Source of the DNA: a bacterium | Lineage (GTDB): Bacteria; UBA8248 | Reading direction: 5' to 3' | Length of the DNA: 64,000 nt | NCBI GenBank assembly: GCA_963692865.2 | Contig: OY843592.1 | Coordinates: forward strand, 1,088,001 to 1,152,000 | Shown: positions 20,019 to 29,142 of the stretch, piece by piece | How positions within the stretch are numbered: position 1 is the stretch's first letter | Layout of the letters: the number at the start of each line of letters is the position of its first letter | Program-made: the position numbers and the translations under genes | Notes under the pieces: model-generated | What the model saw: only the letters and a program-made list of their open reading frames with translations | Told to the model about the DNA's origin: nothing | The model's database searches: none

Positions 20019-21524
20019 ATGCTGGAAGTGGTGATTCCCGACATCGCCCTGTCGCTGGCGCTTCCCGAGATAGGGCTGGCCGTACTCGTCTGCGCGGTCC
20101 TCATTCTCGACCTGTTCGTGTCGCTCGAGAACAAATCCCGCGTGGGCGTCGTGGCGTTCGTGGGGGTCGTGATCCTGGGGCTCGTCGCCTTCGGGCAATG
20201 GGGCGAGGGCGCGAGAACGACGTTCAGCGGCTTCTACGTGGTCGACAACCTGAGCGTGTTCGTGAAGGTGTGCGTGCTGCTCTGCACGGCCATCTCCATC
20301 CTGCTGCTGCTTCAATACGCCAGGGTGGAGAAGATCAATTTCGGCGAACTCTACGCCATGCTGCTCTTCTCGGTGTTCGGAATGCTCGTGATGGCCTCGG
20401 GCAACGATTTGATTACGGTCTATCTGGGGCTCGAAACCATGAGCATCAGCATCTATGTGCTCGTGGCGTTCATGCGGCACGACCCCCTGAGCCGGGAGGC
20501 GGGACTCAAGTACTTCCTGATGGGCGCCTTCGCTTCGGGCGTTCTCCTCTACGGCATGGCCCTGACGTACGGGTTTACCGGAACGACCTCGATTCGCGGG
20601 ATCGCGGCGGCGTTCGCAGGCGCGGGCGGCGCCGCCATCGCGCAGAACCCGGTGATGATCTTCGGTCTCATCCTCCTGGTGGCGGGCTTCGGTTTCAAGC
20701 TGGCGCTGTCGCCGTTCCACATGTGGCTGCCCGACGCCTATACCGGCGCGCCGACGCCGATCACGGGCTTCATGTCCGTGGCCGTCAAGTTCGCGACCGT
20801 GGCCGCCCTGATGCGTATCTTCTTCGTGGCGTTCCCGGCCATGGCGGACAGGTGGAACGCCCTGTTGTGGGCGCTCACGGCCTTCACGCTGGTGTGGGGG
20901 AACGTGGCGGCCATCGCCCAGACGAGCCTCAAGCGCATGCTGGCGTATTCGAGCATCGGGCACGCGGGCTACGTGCTGATGGGCGTGGTGGCCACCATGA
21001 GCGTCGTGGACGGGAAGGCGACGTTCACCGACATCGGCATCAGCGCGGTGGCGTTCTACCTGCTCGCCTACCTGTTCACGAACCTGGGGGCCTTCGGGAT
21101 GCTGATCCTCGTGTGCCGCGACGGCTACCGGGGCGACAACATCGAGGACTGGAAGGGAATCGGCCAGGCGCACCCCTGGGCGGGGATGGCCTTCGTGGTG
21201 TTCCTGCTCTCGCTGGGCGGCATCCCGCCGACGGCCGGCTTCGTCGGCAAGCTCTACCTGTTCGCAGCAGCCGTGCAGAACGAGTATTACTGGCTCGCCG
21301 TCATCGGGCTGGTGATGAGCGCGGTCTCGATGTACTACTACGGGCGCATCATCATGGTGATGTACATGGAGAACCGGGGCGAGAGCCAGGAGGTGATGAG
21401 CTTCTCGAGCGCGCCCTCGCTGTTCTTCGCGCTGGTGGTGCTCGTGGTGGCGACGCTGCTGCTGGGCATCTTCCCGGGCAGCTTCCTCGACGCGGCGAAG
21501 GGCACGGTCGCCGGGTTTATCTAG
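20019..21524 (+). CDS. nuoN: NADH-quinone oxidoreductase subunit N (copy 2)
   Basis: EAGLKYFLMG, FKLALSPFHMWLPDAYTGAP and KRMLAYSSIGHAGY motifs. Confidence 0.96.
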   Translation: MLEVVIPDIALSLALPEIGLAVLVCAVLILDLFVSLENKSRVGVVAFVGVVILGLVAFGQWGEGARTTFSGFYVVDNLSVFVKVCVLLCTAISILLLLQYARVEKINFGELYAMLLFSVFGMLVMASGNDLITVYLGLETMSISIYVLVAFMRHDPLSREAGLKYFLMGAFASGVLLYGMALTYGFTGTTSIRGIAAAFAGAGGAAIAQNPVMIFGLILLVAGFGFKLALSPFHMWLPDAYTGAPTPITGFMSVAVKFATVAALMRIFFVAFPAMADRWNALLWALTAFTLVWGNVAAIAQTSLKRMLAYSSIGHAGYVLMGVVATMSVVDGKATFTDIGISAVAFYLLAYLFTNLGAFGMLILVCRDGYRGDNIEDWKGIGQAHPWAGMAFVVFLLSLGGIPPTAGFVGKLYLFAAAVQNEYYWLAVIGLVMSAVSMYYYGRIIMVMYMENRGESQEVMSFSSAPSLFFALVVLVVATLLLGIFPGSFLDAAKGTVAGFI

Positions 21525-22028
21525 AAATCACGCACGACATCGAAAGCAGTATGTTCGCCTCTTGCTCCTGAGCAAGGAGTGGAAGCGCGCCCTTGCGGGG
21601 CGGCGCGCCGGCTTGCCGGAGCGAACCAACGGGCTGAATTCCGCGCCGCCTTACCTCCCGCACCCTTGCATCAGCCATGCGCCTGAAACCTTAAGGTTTC
21701 AGCATGGTGTCCACGCTATTGGCATGACCCGCTCGAAGCTCACCAACAAAGCCCTGGCCCGGCCAGGGAACGGTGGCCGGTACGCTCATCATCCGCATTT
21801 GGCGGGTTTGTCATCTTCGAGGATTTTCTCCCACCTGATGTAATCCAGGAAACATTCAGGAAATAAACCGGAAACCCGGAATTAACGATCACGAAATCCA
21901 CCAGACACGTATTCCTCATACCCTTATGAATGTAGGACTGGGGCGGCAGCGTTCATTTGGCTCGAATCTTCATCTGTATGGAACATTTTCCCATAACCCG
22001 CGTCGCCGGGTAGAGAAGGAGATGAGCT

Positions 22029-23690
22029 ATGAGCATGGACGCATCGGGTATCAAGCATTTCAAACGCCGTGATTTTCTGAAAATAGGAGCCTCCGCCGCC
22101 GCCGGGGCGGGATTGTTGCCGCTTCTCAAGTACCTGCCGGCCGAGGCCGCCGCCGGGCGGGACACGCTCGTGGTCGTGATCGGAAACGGCCCCAACAGCA
22201 TGGACATCCACAGGAAGGGGACCAACCGACCGAGCTACCAGGTCGCCGTCAACATCTACGATCGCCTCGTCACCTATGGGCGCAAGAGGCTGCCCGACGG
22301 CAACGTCATGTACGACTACCAGAAGATCGAACCGGAGTTGGCTGAATCCTGGAGCTTTGCGCCCGACGGCATGTCCGTCAGCTTCAAGATTCGCAAGGAC
22401 GCCAGGTTCCATGACGGGAAACCCGTCACCGCCCATGACGTGAAATGGTCTTTCGACCGCGCGGTTTCGCTCGGCGGTTTTCCGGCCGTGCAGATGAAGG
22501 CGGGCTCGCTCATCAAGCCCGAGCAGTTCGTCGCCGTGGATGAGCACACCTTCAAAATCAACTTTATCCGCAAGAGCAAGCTCACGCTGCCCGACCTGGG
22601 CGTTCCCGTGCCTCTTATCATCAATTCGGTGGCCGCCAAGGCAAAAGCCACGAAAGCCGATCCGTGGGCGACCGAGTATCTGCACAAAAACCCGCAAGGG
22701 GGCGGGGCCTTCAAGCTGGGGCGATGGAAGCCCGGTCAGCAGACGGTCTACATTCGCAACGATGACTGGAAGTCGGGTCCCCTGCCCGGCGTGAGGCGGG
22801 TGATCGTCCGCGAGGTGGCGTCCGCCTCCACGCGCCGCGCCCTCCTGCTGCGGGGAGACGCCGATGTATCCCTCGACCTGCCGCCGAAAGACACCAAGGA
22901 ACTCGCAGGCAACAAAAAGCTCAAAATCGCCGGGGTTCCCATCGAGAACTGCATCCACGCCGTCGGGCTGAACCTGAACTTCAAGCCCTTCGCCGATGTC
23001 CGCGTCCGCCGGGCGATGGCCTACGCCATGCCGTATGAGAAGATATTCAAGGCGGCGGCCTATGAGCGCGGCCTGCCGTTGTGGGGTGCGAAATCCGCCG
23101 ATCCCGCCAGTACGCTGTGGCCGCAGCCGTTTCCCTACGATACCGATCCGGACAAGGCGAAGGCGCTTCTCAAAGAAGCCGGCTACGCGAACGGCTTCGA
23201 GGTCACGTTGTCGTTCAATCTGGGACTCGCCTACTGGACGGAGCCGACCGCGCTCCTCATCCAGGAGGGGCTCGGAAAAGTGGGGATCAAGGCGAAGCTC
23301 GACAAGATTCCCGGCTCGGGCTGGAGGTCGAAGGCGCTCGTCGAGAAGAAGCTCCCGATGCACCTCAAGAACTTCGGCGGCTGGCTGAATTATCCCGAGT
23401 ATTATTTCTTCTGGGCCTACCAGCCCAAGCGCCTGTTCAACTCGATGAACTACGACAACCCGAAACTGAACAAACTGGTCGACGAGACCCTGCACATGCC
23501 TGTGGGCAGTCCCGGCTACGCCGACAGCGTCAAAAAGTTCATCAAAATCGCCTTTGAGGATGTCCCCCTCATCCCGCTCTGGCAACCCTATCTGGACGTC
23601 GCCATGCAAAAGGACGTGGAGGGTTACGAATACTGGTTCCACCGTCAACTCGACGTGAGGCCGTTCAAGAAACTGTCGAAAAAGGCCTGA
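22029..23690 (+). CDS. Family 5 (Dpp/Opp-type) ABC substrate-binding protein with Tat signal
   Basis: KRRDFLK twin-arginine motif; LAESW..FHDGKPVTAHDVKWSF family-5 signature. Confidence 0.9.
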   Translation: MSMDASGIKHFKRRDFLKIGASAAAGAGLLPLLKYLPAEAAAGRDTLVVVIGNGPNSMDIHRKGTNRPSYQVAVNIYDRLVTYGRKRLPDGNVMYDYQKIEPELAESWSFAPDGMSVSFKIRKDARFHDGKPVTAHDVKWSFDRAVSLGGFPAVQMKAGSLIKPEQFVAVDEHTFKINFIRKSKLTLPDLGVPVPLIINSVAAKAKATKADPWATEYLHKNPQGGGAFKLGRWKPGQQTVYIRNDDWKSGPLPGVRRVIVREVASASTRRALLLRGDADVSLDLPPKDTKELAGNKKLKIAGVPIENCIHAVGLNLNFKPFADVRVRRAMAYAMPYEKIFKAAAYERGLPLWGAKSADPASTLWPQPFPYDTDPDKAKALLKEAGYANGFEVTLSFNLGLAYWTEPTALLIQEGLGKVGIKAKLDKIPGSGWRSKALVEKKLPMHLKNFGGWLNYPEYYFFWAYQPKRLFNSMNYDNPKLNKLVDETLHMPVGSPGYADSVKKFIKIAFEDVPLIPLWQPYLDVAMQKDVEGYEYWFHRQLDVRPFKKLSKKA

Positions 23691-23736
23691 AACCGGTTGG
23701 CAACAAAACAGCGCGTCCTTTGAAGGGGGGGACGAT

Positions 23737-24765
23737 GTGATGAAGGTCGATACCCTGGTCCTGATCGGCCGGCGCCTCCTGCATGCGGCGCCGGTCGTGA
23801 TGGGCATCATCGTGGTGACGTTCATTCTGACGCGGGCCCTGCCTGGGGATCCGGCGGTATTCTTCGCCGGGCCTGCGGCGGATGAGAAATCCATCGCCGA
23901 GATACGCGCTTCGCTGGGCCTGGACAAAAGCTGGCCCGAGCAATTCTGGATATACCTCCAGGATCTCGCGCGCGGGGATCTGGGCAAATCCATCAGCACA
24001 GGGCAGCCCGTCCTCGAGGAACTCGCCACGCGCCTTCCGGCTTCGCTCGAGCTTACGTTCATGGGCTTGTTTCTGGCGGTCGCCATCGCCATCCCTCTGG
24101 GGGTGCTGGCGGCCACAAGGCCCAATTCAATCGTCGATCATCTCTGCCGGCTCATCGTGACCATCGGGGTCTCGCTGCCTACCTTCTTCACCGGGTTGTT
24201 TCTCGTCTATATCTTCTATTTTCTTTTGGGGCTCTCGCCCGCTCCTATCGGGCGACTGAGCATTATTCACATCGCCCCCGATCACGTAACGGGATTCTAC
24301 CTCCTCGACAGCCTCATCGCGGGTGATTACGAGGTCTTTCGCGCAGCACTTTCCCAGATGATTCTCCCCGCCTCGACGTTGGGGATTTTCGCCCTGGCGC
24401 CGCTCGCGCGGATGACGAGGGCCGCGATGCTGGGGGTTCTGTCGAGCGACTTCGTCCGCACGGCGCGGGCGAGCGGCTTGTCACGACAGACGGTGCTGTG
24501 GGTATACGCCTTTCAAAACGCCATGCTTCCCGTCCTCACCACGCTCGGCATGGTGTTTTCGTTCCTGCTGGGGGCGAACGTATTGGTCGAGAAAGTCTTC
24601 GCCTGGCCGGGCATCGGCTCGTTCGCCATCGAGGCCCTCATCGCCTCGGACTACGCCGCCGTGCAGGGCTTCGTTCTGGCCATGGCGTTGATGTACGTGC
24701 TCCTGAACCTGGCGATCGACATCCTCTATTCGGTCGTCGACCCGCGTATCGGGTTCGAGGGTTGA
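23737..24765 (+). CDS. Dpp/Opp-type ABC permease (DppB-like)
   Basis: PGDP, GDLGKS, DFVRTARASGL (EAA loop) and VEKVFAWPGIG motifs. Confidence 0.9.
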   Translation: MMKVDTLVLIGRRLLHAAPVVMGIIVVTFILTRALPGDPAVFFAGPAADEKSIAEIRASLGLDKSWPEQFWIYLQDLARGDLGKSISTGQPVLEELATRLPASLELTFMGLFLAVAIAIPLGVLAATRPNSIVDHLCRLIVTIGVSLPTFFTGLFLVYIFYFLLGLSPAPIGRLSIIHIAPDHVTGFYLLDSLIAGDYEVFRAALSQMILPASTLGIFALAPLARMTRAAMLGVLSSDFVRTARASGLSRQTVLWVYAFQNAMLPVLTTLGMVFSFLLGANVLVEKVFAWPGIGSFAIEALIASDYAAVQGFVLAMALMYVLLNLAIDILYSVVDPRIGFEG

Positions 24766-24767
24766 TC

Positions 24768-25613
24768 GTGAACGCCCATTTCCGGCATCTGCGCTACGTG
24801 ATGGGGGAGAATCCGGTCACGTTTTTCGCGTTCGCCCTTTTCTTCTTGCTCATGGCGCTGGGTTTGTTCGGTCCCTGGCTCGCGCCCTACGATCCCCTCG
24901 CCAGCGACACCGCCAACGCTCTCAAGCCACCTACATGGGCGCATCCGTTCGGCACCGACAATCTGGGACGAGACGTTTTCAGCCGTGTTATCACGGCCAC
25001 GCGGCTCGACCTGGCGATATCCGTGGCGGCGGTTTCGCTCTCCTTCGTCGCGGGAAGCGTCGCCGGTGTTTGCGCGGGCTACTTCGGGGGTGCTACGGAC
25101 AAACTCATCAGCCGGCTCACCGACACCATCATGGCGTTTCCCCTCTTCGTTCTGGCCATGGGCATCGTATCGGCCCTGGGCAATACGATCGAGAACATCG
25201 TCTACACCACGGCCGTCATCAATTTCCCCTTCTACGCGCGTGTGGCGCGGGCCGAGGCGAATGCGCGCCGCGAGGCGGGTTTCGTGGAGGCGGCGCGCCT
25301 TTCGGGGAATGGACACGGACGGATTCTCCTTTTCCATCTGGGACCCAACATCATGCCGCCGATGATGGTTCAGATATCGCTGAACATGGGTTACGCCATA
25401 CTGAACGCGGCGGGACTCTCCTTCATCGGCCTGGGCGTCCGGCCCCCGACTCCCGAATGGGGGATCATGGTGGCCGAGGGCGCGAAGTTCATCGTTTCGG
25501 GCGAGTGGTGGCTGGCCATCTTCCCCGGCGCCGCCCTGATGCTCGCCGTGCTTTGCTTCAACCTTCTGGGCGACGGCCTCCGCGATCTGATCGACCCGAG
25601 AATGAGGACGTGA
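24768..25613 (+). CDS. Dpp/Opp-type ABC permease (DppC-like)
   Basis: HPFGTDNLGRD, FVEAARLSG, PEWG and NLLGDGLRD motifs; start inferred next to the upstream stop. Confidence 0.9.
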   Translation: MNAHFRHLRYVMGENPVTFFAFALFFLLMALGLFGPWLAPYDPLASDTANALKPPTWAHPFGTDNLGRDVFSRVITATRLDLAISVAAVSLSFVAGSVAGVCAGYFGGATDKLISRLTDTIMAFPLFVLAMGIVSALGNTIENIVYTTAVINFPFYARVARAEANARREAGFVEAARLSGNGHGRILLFHLGPNIMPPMMVQISLNMGYAILNAAGLSFIGLGVRPPTPEWGIMVAEGAKFIVSGEWWLAIFPGAALMLAVLCFNLLGDGLRDLIDPRMRT

Positions 25614-26584
25614 TGGAATCCCGGAACCCGCTTCTCCTCATTGAGGATCTCTCGCTCGAGTTCCGCACCCGCACCGGCGTCGTCAAGGCGCTCGAGAACG
25701 TGAGCTTCGAGATTGAGAAGGGGCAGACGGTCGGCGTCGTCGGCGAGAGCGGCTCGGGAAAGTCCGTCATGTCCTACGCCGTCATGGGAATCTCCGATCC
25801 GGCGGCGAGAATCACCTCGGGGCGGATTGTCTTCGGAGGCATCTCCCTGCTGGAGAAGTCCGGGCAAGAGCTGCAGGAAATGCGCGGGCGTGAGCTCTCC
25901 ATGATATTCCAAAGCCCGAGAACGGCGCTCAACCCCATCCGGACCATCGGCAGCCAACTCGAGGACGTCATCTACCGGCACAGCAGCTTCCGCGGCCGGC
26001 AGATTCGCCAGCGCGCGCTCGAACTGCTCCACCAGGTTCACATCCCCGACCCGGAGAAGCGCTATCGCGCCTATCCATACGAACTCTCGGGCGGAATGTG
26101 CCAGCGCGTGATGATTGCGATCGCCATCTCTTCCGACCCCTGGCTCCTGATAGCGGACGAACCCGTAACGGGTCTGGATGTAACGACCCAGGCGGCGATC
26201 ATGGACCTCGTCAGGGACGCGGCGCGTGAGAGAAACATGGGAACGATTCTCATCACCCATGACCTCGGCCTCGCCGCGGAATACTGTGACAAAATAATCG
26301 TCATGCACTCGGGGCACGTTGTCGAAGTGGCGGATACCGAACGCTTGTTCATGCGTCCGCGGCATCCCTACACGGCGAAACTCATCGGAGCCACTCCGAA
26401 TGCCGGTAGAGACCTCGCGGAACTCACCTCGATTCCCGGCAATCTGCCGGATCTGCGTACAGAGTTACCGGCTTGCCGCTATAGCGAGCGGTGCGAGCGC
26501 CTCAAAGAGGATTGCCTTGAGTCCCCGCTTCCACGCTTGGAGGCGGGAACCGGCCATCTTGTCGCCTGCCGGTATCCGCTCTGA
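25613..26584 (+). CDS. Dpp/Opp-type ABC ATPase (DppD-like)
   Basis: GESGSGKS, LSGGMCQR and IADEP motifs; C-terminal Cys cluster. Confidence 0.92.
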   Translation: MESRNPLLLIEDLSLEFRTRTGVVKALENVSFEIEKGQTVGVVGESGSGKSVMSYAVMGISDPAARITSGRIVFGGISLLEKSGQELQEMRGRELSMIFQSPRTALNPIRTIGSQLEDVIYRHSSFRGRQIRQRALELLHQVHIPDPEKRYRAYPYELSGGMCQRVMIAIAISSDPWLLIADEPVTGLDVTTQAAIMDLVRDAARERNMGTILITHDLGLAAEYCDKIIVMHSGHVVEVADTERLFMRPRHPYTAKLIGATPNAGRDLAELTSIPGNLPDLRTELPACRYSERCERLKEDCLESPLPRLEAGTGHLVACRYPL

Positions 26585-27636
26585 TGGCCTTGCTCCAAAT
26601 CATAGACCTTACGAAGAAGTTCCCGATCCGCAAGAGTGGAGCGATGGAAAAGGTTTGGAATTCTCTTAAGGGCATGCAGGAGGAAGGACGAAGCGAGGCA
26701 GGCCATCTCCACGCCGTGGACGGCGTGAGCTTTTCGCTCGAAGCGGGGGAAAGCGTCGGCCTCGTCGGCGAGTCGGGGTGCGGGAAGTCCACGCTGGCCC
26801 GTTTGATCGCCCGTCTGCAGGACCCCACATCGGGCGTTATCGCCTTTGAGGGCAGAAACATCGGAGAGGTTCGGGCAAGCCGTTTCATCCAGGGTGAGAA
26901 GCGCCGGAAAATCCAGATGGTGTTCCAGGACCCCACGGAGAGCCTGAATCCCGGATTCACGGCTTTTCGAGCGGTCGCCGACCCGCTTCTGCGCCTGGGC
27001 GGGATGAGAAGCGGCCCCGAACTGGCGAAGCGCGTGGCGGAACTCTTCGATCTGGTGGGTCTCGCGCCGGAATTCCTGGCCCGTTATCCGCATCAACTCT
27101 CGGGAGGTCAGAAGGCGAGGGTCGGGATCGCGCGCGCAATAGCGCTTGAACCCTCACTCCTGATTCTCGACGAGCCGACCTCCGCCCTGGACGTTTCGGT
27201 TCAGGCGGTCATCCTGCATGTTCTCGAAGATCTCAAGAACCGTCTCGGGATGAGTTACCTGTTCGTCTCCCACGATCTGAACGTCATCCGGCTGCTGTGC
27301 CAAAAGGTTCTGGTGATGTATCTCGGCAGGATCGTGGAGGCCGGGCCCACCCGGGAAATTCTGCGCCACCCGCGCCATCCCTACACACGGGCGCTGCTAT
27401 CCGCCATACCCGCCATCGACACGACCGAGCGCACCGAACGGGTGCGATTGACCGGCGATCCGATGAGTCCCATCGATCCTTCTCCACATGTTTGCCGCTT
27501 TTACAGCCGCTGTCCTCATAGAGAGGATAGGTGTCAGGAAGAAATGCCCATGTTGGAGTCCTATCCCGGCGGAATCGAGGTCGCCTGCTTCCACGCTTCA
27601 TCAGTCGGCAATTATTCCCTCACCGGGCGAGATTGA
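26584..27636 (+). CDS. Dpp/Opp-type ABC ATPase (DppF-like)
   Basis: GESGCGKS, LSGGQ, LDEPTSALD and HPYT motifs. Confidence 0.92.
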   Translation: MALLQIIDLTKKFPIRKSGAMEKVWNSLKGMQEEGRSEAGHLHAVDGVSFSLEAGESVGLVGESGCGKSTLARLIARLQDPTSGVIAFEGRNIGEVRASRFIQGEKRRKIQMVFQDPTESLNPGFTAFRAVADPLLRLGGMRSGPELAKRVAELFDLVGLAPEFLARYPHQLSGGQKARVGIARAIALEPSLLILDEPTSALDVSVQAVILHVLEDLKNRLGMSYLFVSHDLNVIRLLCQKVLVMYLGRIVEAGPTREILRHPRHPYTRALLSAIPAIDTTERTERVRLTGDPMSPIDPSPHVCRFYSRCPHREDRCQEEMPMLESYPGGIEVACFHASSVGNYSLTGRD

Positions 27637-27953
27637 CTCCATCACCCCGCTCTGAAGAATCCTCCCGGTTCAGGCGCCGAACCCTCTTCTTTCTCTCGTC
27701 GATTTCTCACTTTTTCATGAGAAAATTCGCATCATGAGTAAGGCGCATTTGCGAACAGGGTGAAATTTTTGGATTCGTTTCAGTGTACGTATCTGTGGCG
27801 ACGACCTCGCGGTTATGCTCCCAGGCGGCTTCGAGGAGGAGTTCCGGGCTGCGAGACGCGGGCGAAGCGGGGAGGTTCTTCGGATGAAACGAAGGGGGGA
27901 TCGCCTGCTCGCCCGGAAATGATAAAAAACCCGTTTAATGCAAATAATGATTC

Positions 27954-28002
27954 CTGAAAATATGTATAAAATTGGATAAATTCACGGGGTTTTTCGATAA
28001 AT
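27954..28002 (+). repeat. 49-bp AT-rich element, inverted near-duplicate of 31832-31880
   Basis: CTGAAAATATGTATAAAATTGGATAAATTCACGGGGTTTTTCGATAAAT matches the reverse complement of 31832-31880 at 47 of 49 positions. Confidence 0.9.
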
Positions 28003-28351
28003 AACTGAAAATTAAATTCTTTGGAAAGGACGCCGCCGGGTCGCGGCGCAGGGGAATTCTGCCATGGCCCGCGCCTCCCGCGATGACGGCAAATGCGCGG
28101 AATTGCGGGGAATTGCCGAGGCTTTTGCGTTGCTGCCATTATTTCCGGCTCCGGGGGGCTCATCCGGGCGCCTGATTGACATTTTGTCAGACCCGGGCCG
28201 CCCGTTCCCGAAAAATAGTCAATGCGCGAAGCCTCGCGAAGGAGACCGAAAGGCGTTTTCCGGGGATTTTCGCGCCGGGGATGCCTCATATCTAATTGAA
28301 TTAATTATTGTTATTCGTATGGATCATTTTCCGGCGGAGAAATGGGGGATT

Positions 28352-28367
28352 TGGCACGATTCGTGCT
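28352..28367 (+). promoter_or_regulatory. Sigma54 (-24/-12) promoter
   Basis: TGGCACGATTCGTGCT gives GG-N10-GC with a full TGGCACG box; AT-rich tract about 28290-28320 upstream. Confidence 0.7.
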
Positions 28368-28377
28368 TATATCAAGG

Positions 28378-28550
28378 GCGTGTGCTTTTGCCCCCGATGG
28401 GCGACTCGAACAGAGGAGCCTTTTCTCCCCGGTGGTCAGTTGAAGGGTCCCCCGATGCTGATTCACTGACATCTCGCCGAACGATTCGCCTTGATTGGCG
28501 GATTCCTTCCATGATGGGGCATGTCCTTCGGGGCGTGCCCCAAGTCTTTA
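28378..28550 (+). ncRNA. Candidate sigma54-dependent small RNA (about 170 nt; ends approximate)
   Basis: Lies between the sigma54 motif and a + strand hairpin; no credible + strand gene follows before the convergent HAD gene. Confidence 0.45.
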
Positions 28551-28553
28551 TTT
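28516..28553 (+). terminator. Terminator-like hairpin with cUUCGg loop
   Basis: GGGGCATGTCC-TTCG-GGGCGTGCCCC then AAGTCTTTATTT; two G-U pairs form only on the + strand. Confidence 0.65.
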
Positions 28554-29132
28554 TACAAGGAGTTGATCGAGCAGGGCGGGCGCTTCCCGGAGGGTGCGAA
28601 GCGTCAGATCGCTGGGAATCGAGGAGCATTCCGCCAGGTGGACGGAGAGCATTCCGGCGGCTTCGGCGGCCAACATGTCGTACTTGCCGTCCCCGATGAC
28701 GACGCATCTTCCGGGCGGTACGCCGATGGCCTCGGCGCCCGCGAACATCGGCCTCGGGTCCGGCTTCCAGCAGCCGATGTCCCGGGTGATCAGGACTTCG
28801 AGCGAGACGTCGATTTTTTCCGCCATTTTCAGAACGTGCCGCTCGGCGTTGTTCGTCACGACGCCGAAGGGGATTTTGCCGGCTCTGAGGTATGCGAGAA
28901 GCGCGTGCGCGCCGTCGTTGGCTTCGGCGGTGTCGGCGGCTTTAAGCTCATGTTTTTCAAGGACGTCCGATACCTCGCGCGCGCGCTCGGGAGGGAGCGT
29001 AACGAGGAGGTCCAGAATGGATACGTCCGCATCGCCCAAGCCCATCTCCTCTTTCATCGCGGGCCAGTCGAAGGCGGGTTTCGTGAGCGTGCCGTCAAAA
29101 TCGAGCAGCACGCCCTCCACGGTTCGCCTCAT
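28548..29132 (-). CDS. HAD-superfamily hydrolase (phosphatase-like)
   Basis: LLDFDGTL (motif I), VTNN, KPDP and IGDGKYD motifs. Confidence 0.88.
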   Translation of the reverse strand: MRRTVEGVLLDFDGTLTKPAFDWPAMKEEMGLGDADVSILDLLVTLPPERAREVSDVLEKHELKAADTAEANDGAHALLAYLRAGKIPFGVVTNNAERHVLKMAEKIDVSLEVLITRDIGCWKPDPRPMFAGAEAIGVPPGRCVVIGDGKYDMLAAEAAGMLSVHLAECSSIPSDLTLRTLREAPALLDQLLVK

Positions 29133-29142
29133 CCCGGCTTCC

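Noticed and set aside
292-24125. Many long antisense and off-frame ORFs over the nuo and ABC genes (e.g. 17747-20134, 13367-15220, 21924-24125)
   Set aside because: Shadow ORFs expected from high GC3 bias; no motifs, and they fully overlap well-supported genes.
28064-28699. 211-aa + strand ORF across the sigma54/sRNA region
   Set aside because: No recognisable motifs; it runs through the promoter and hairpin and into the convergent HAD gene.
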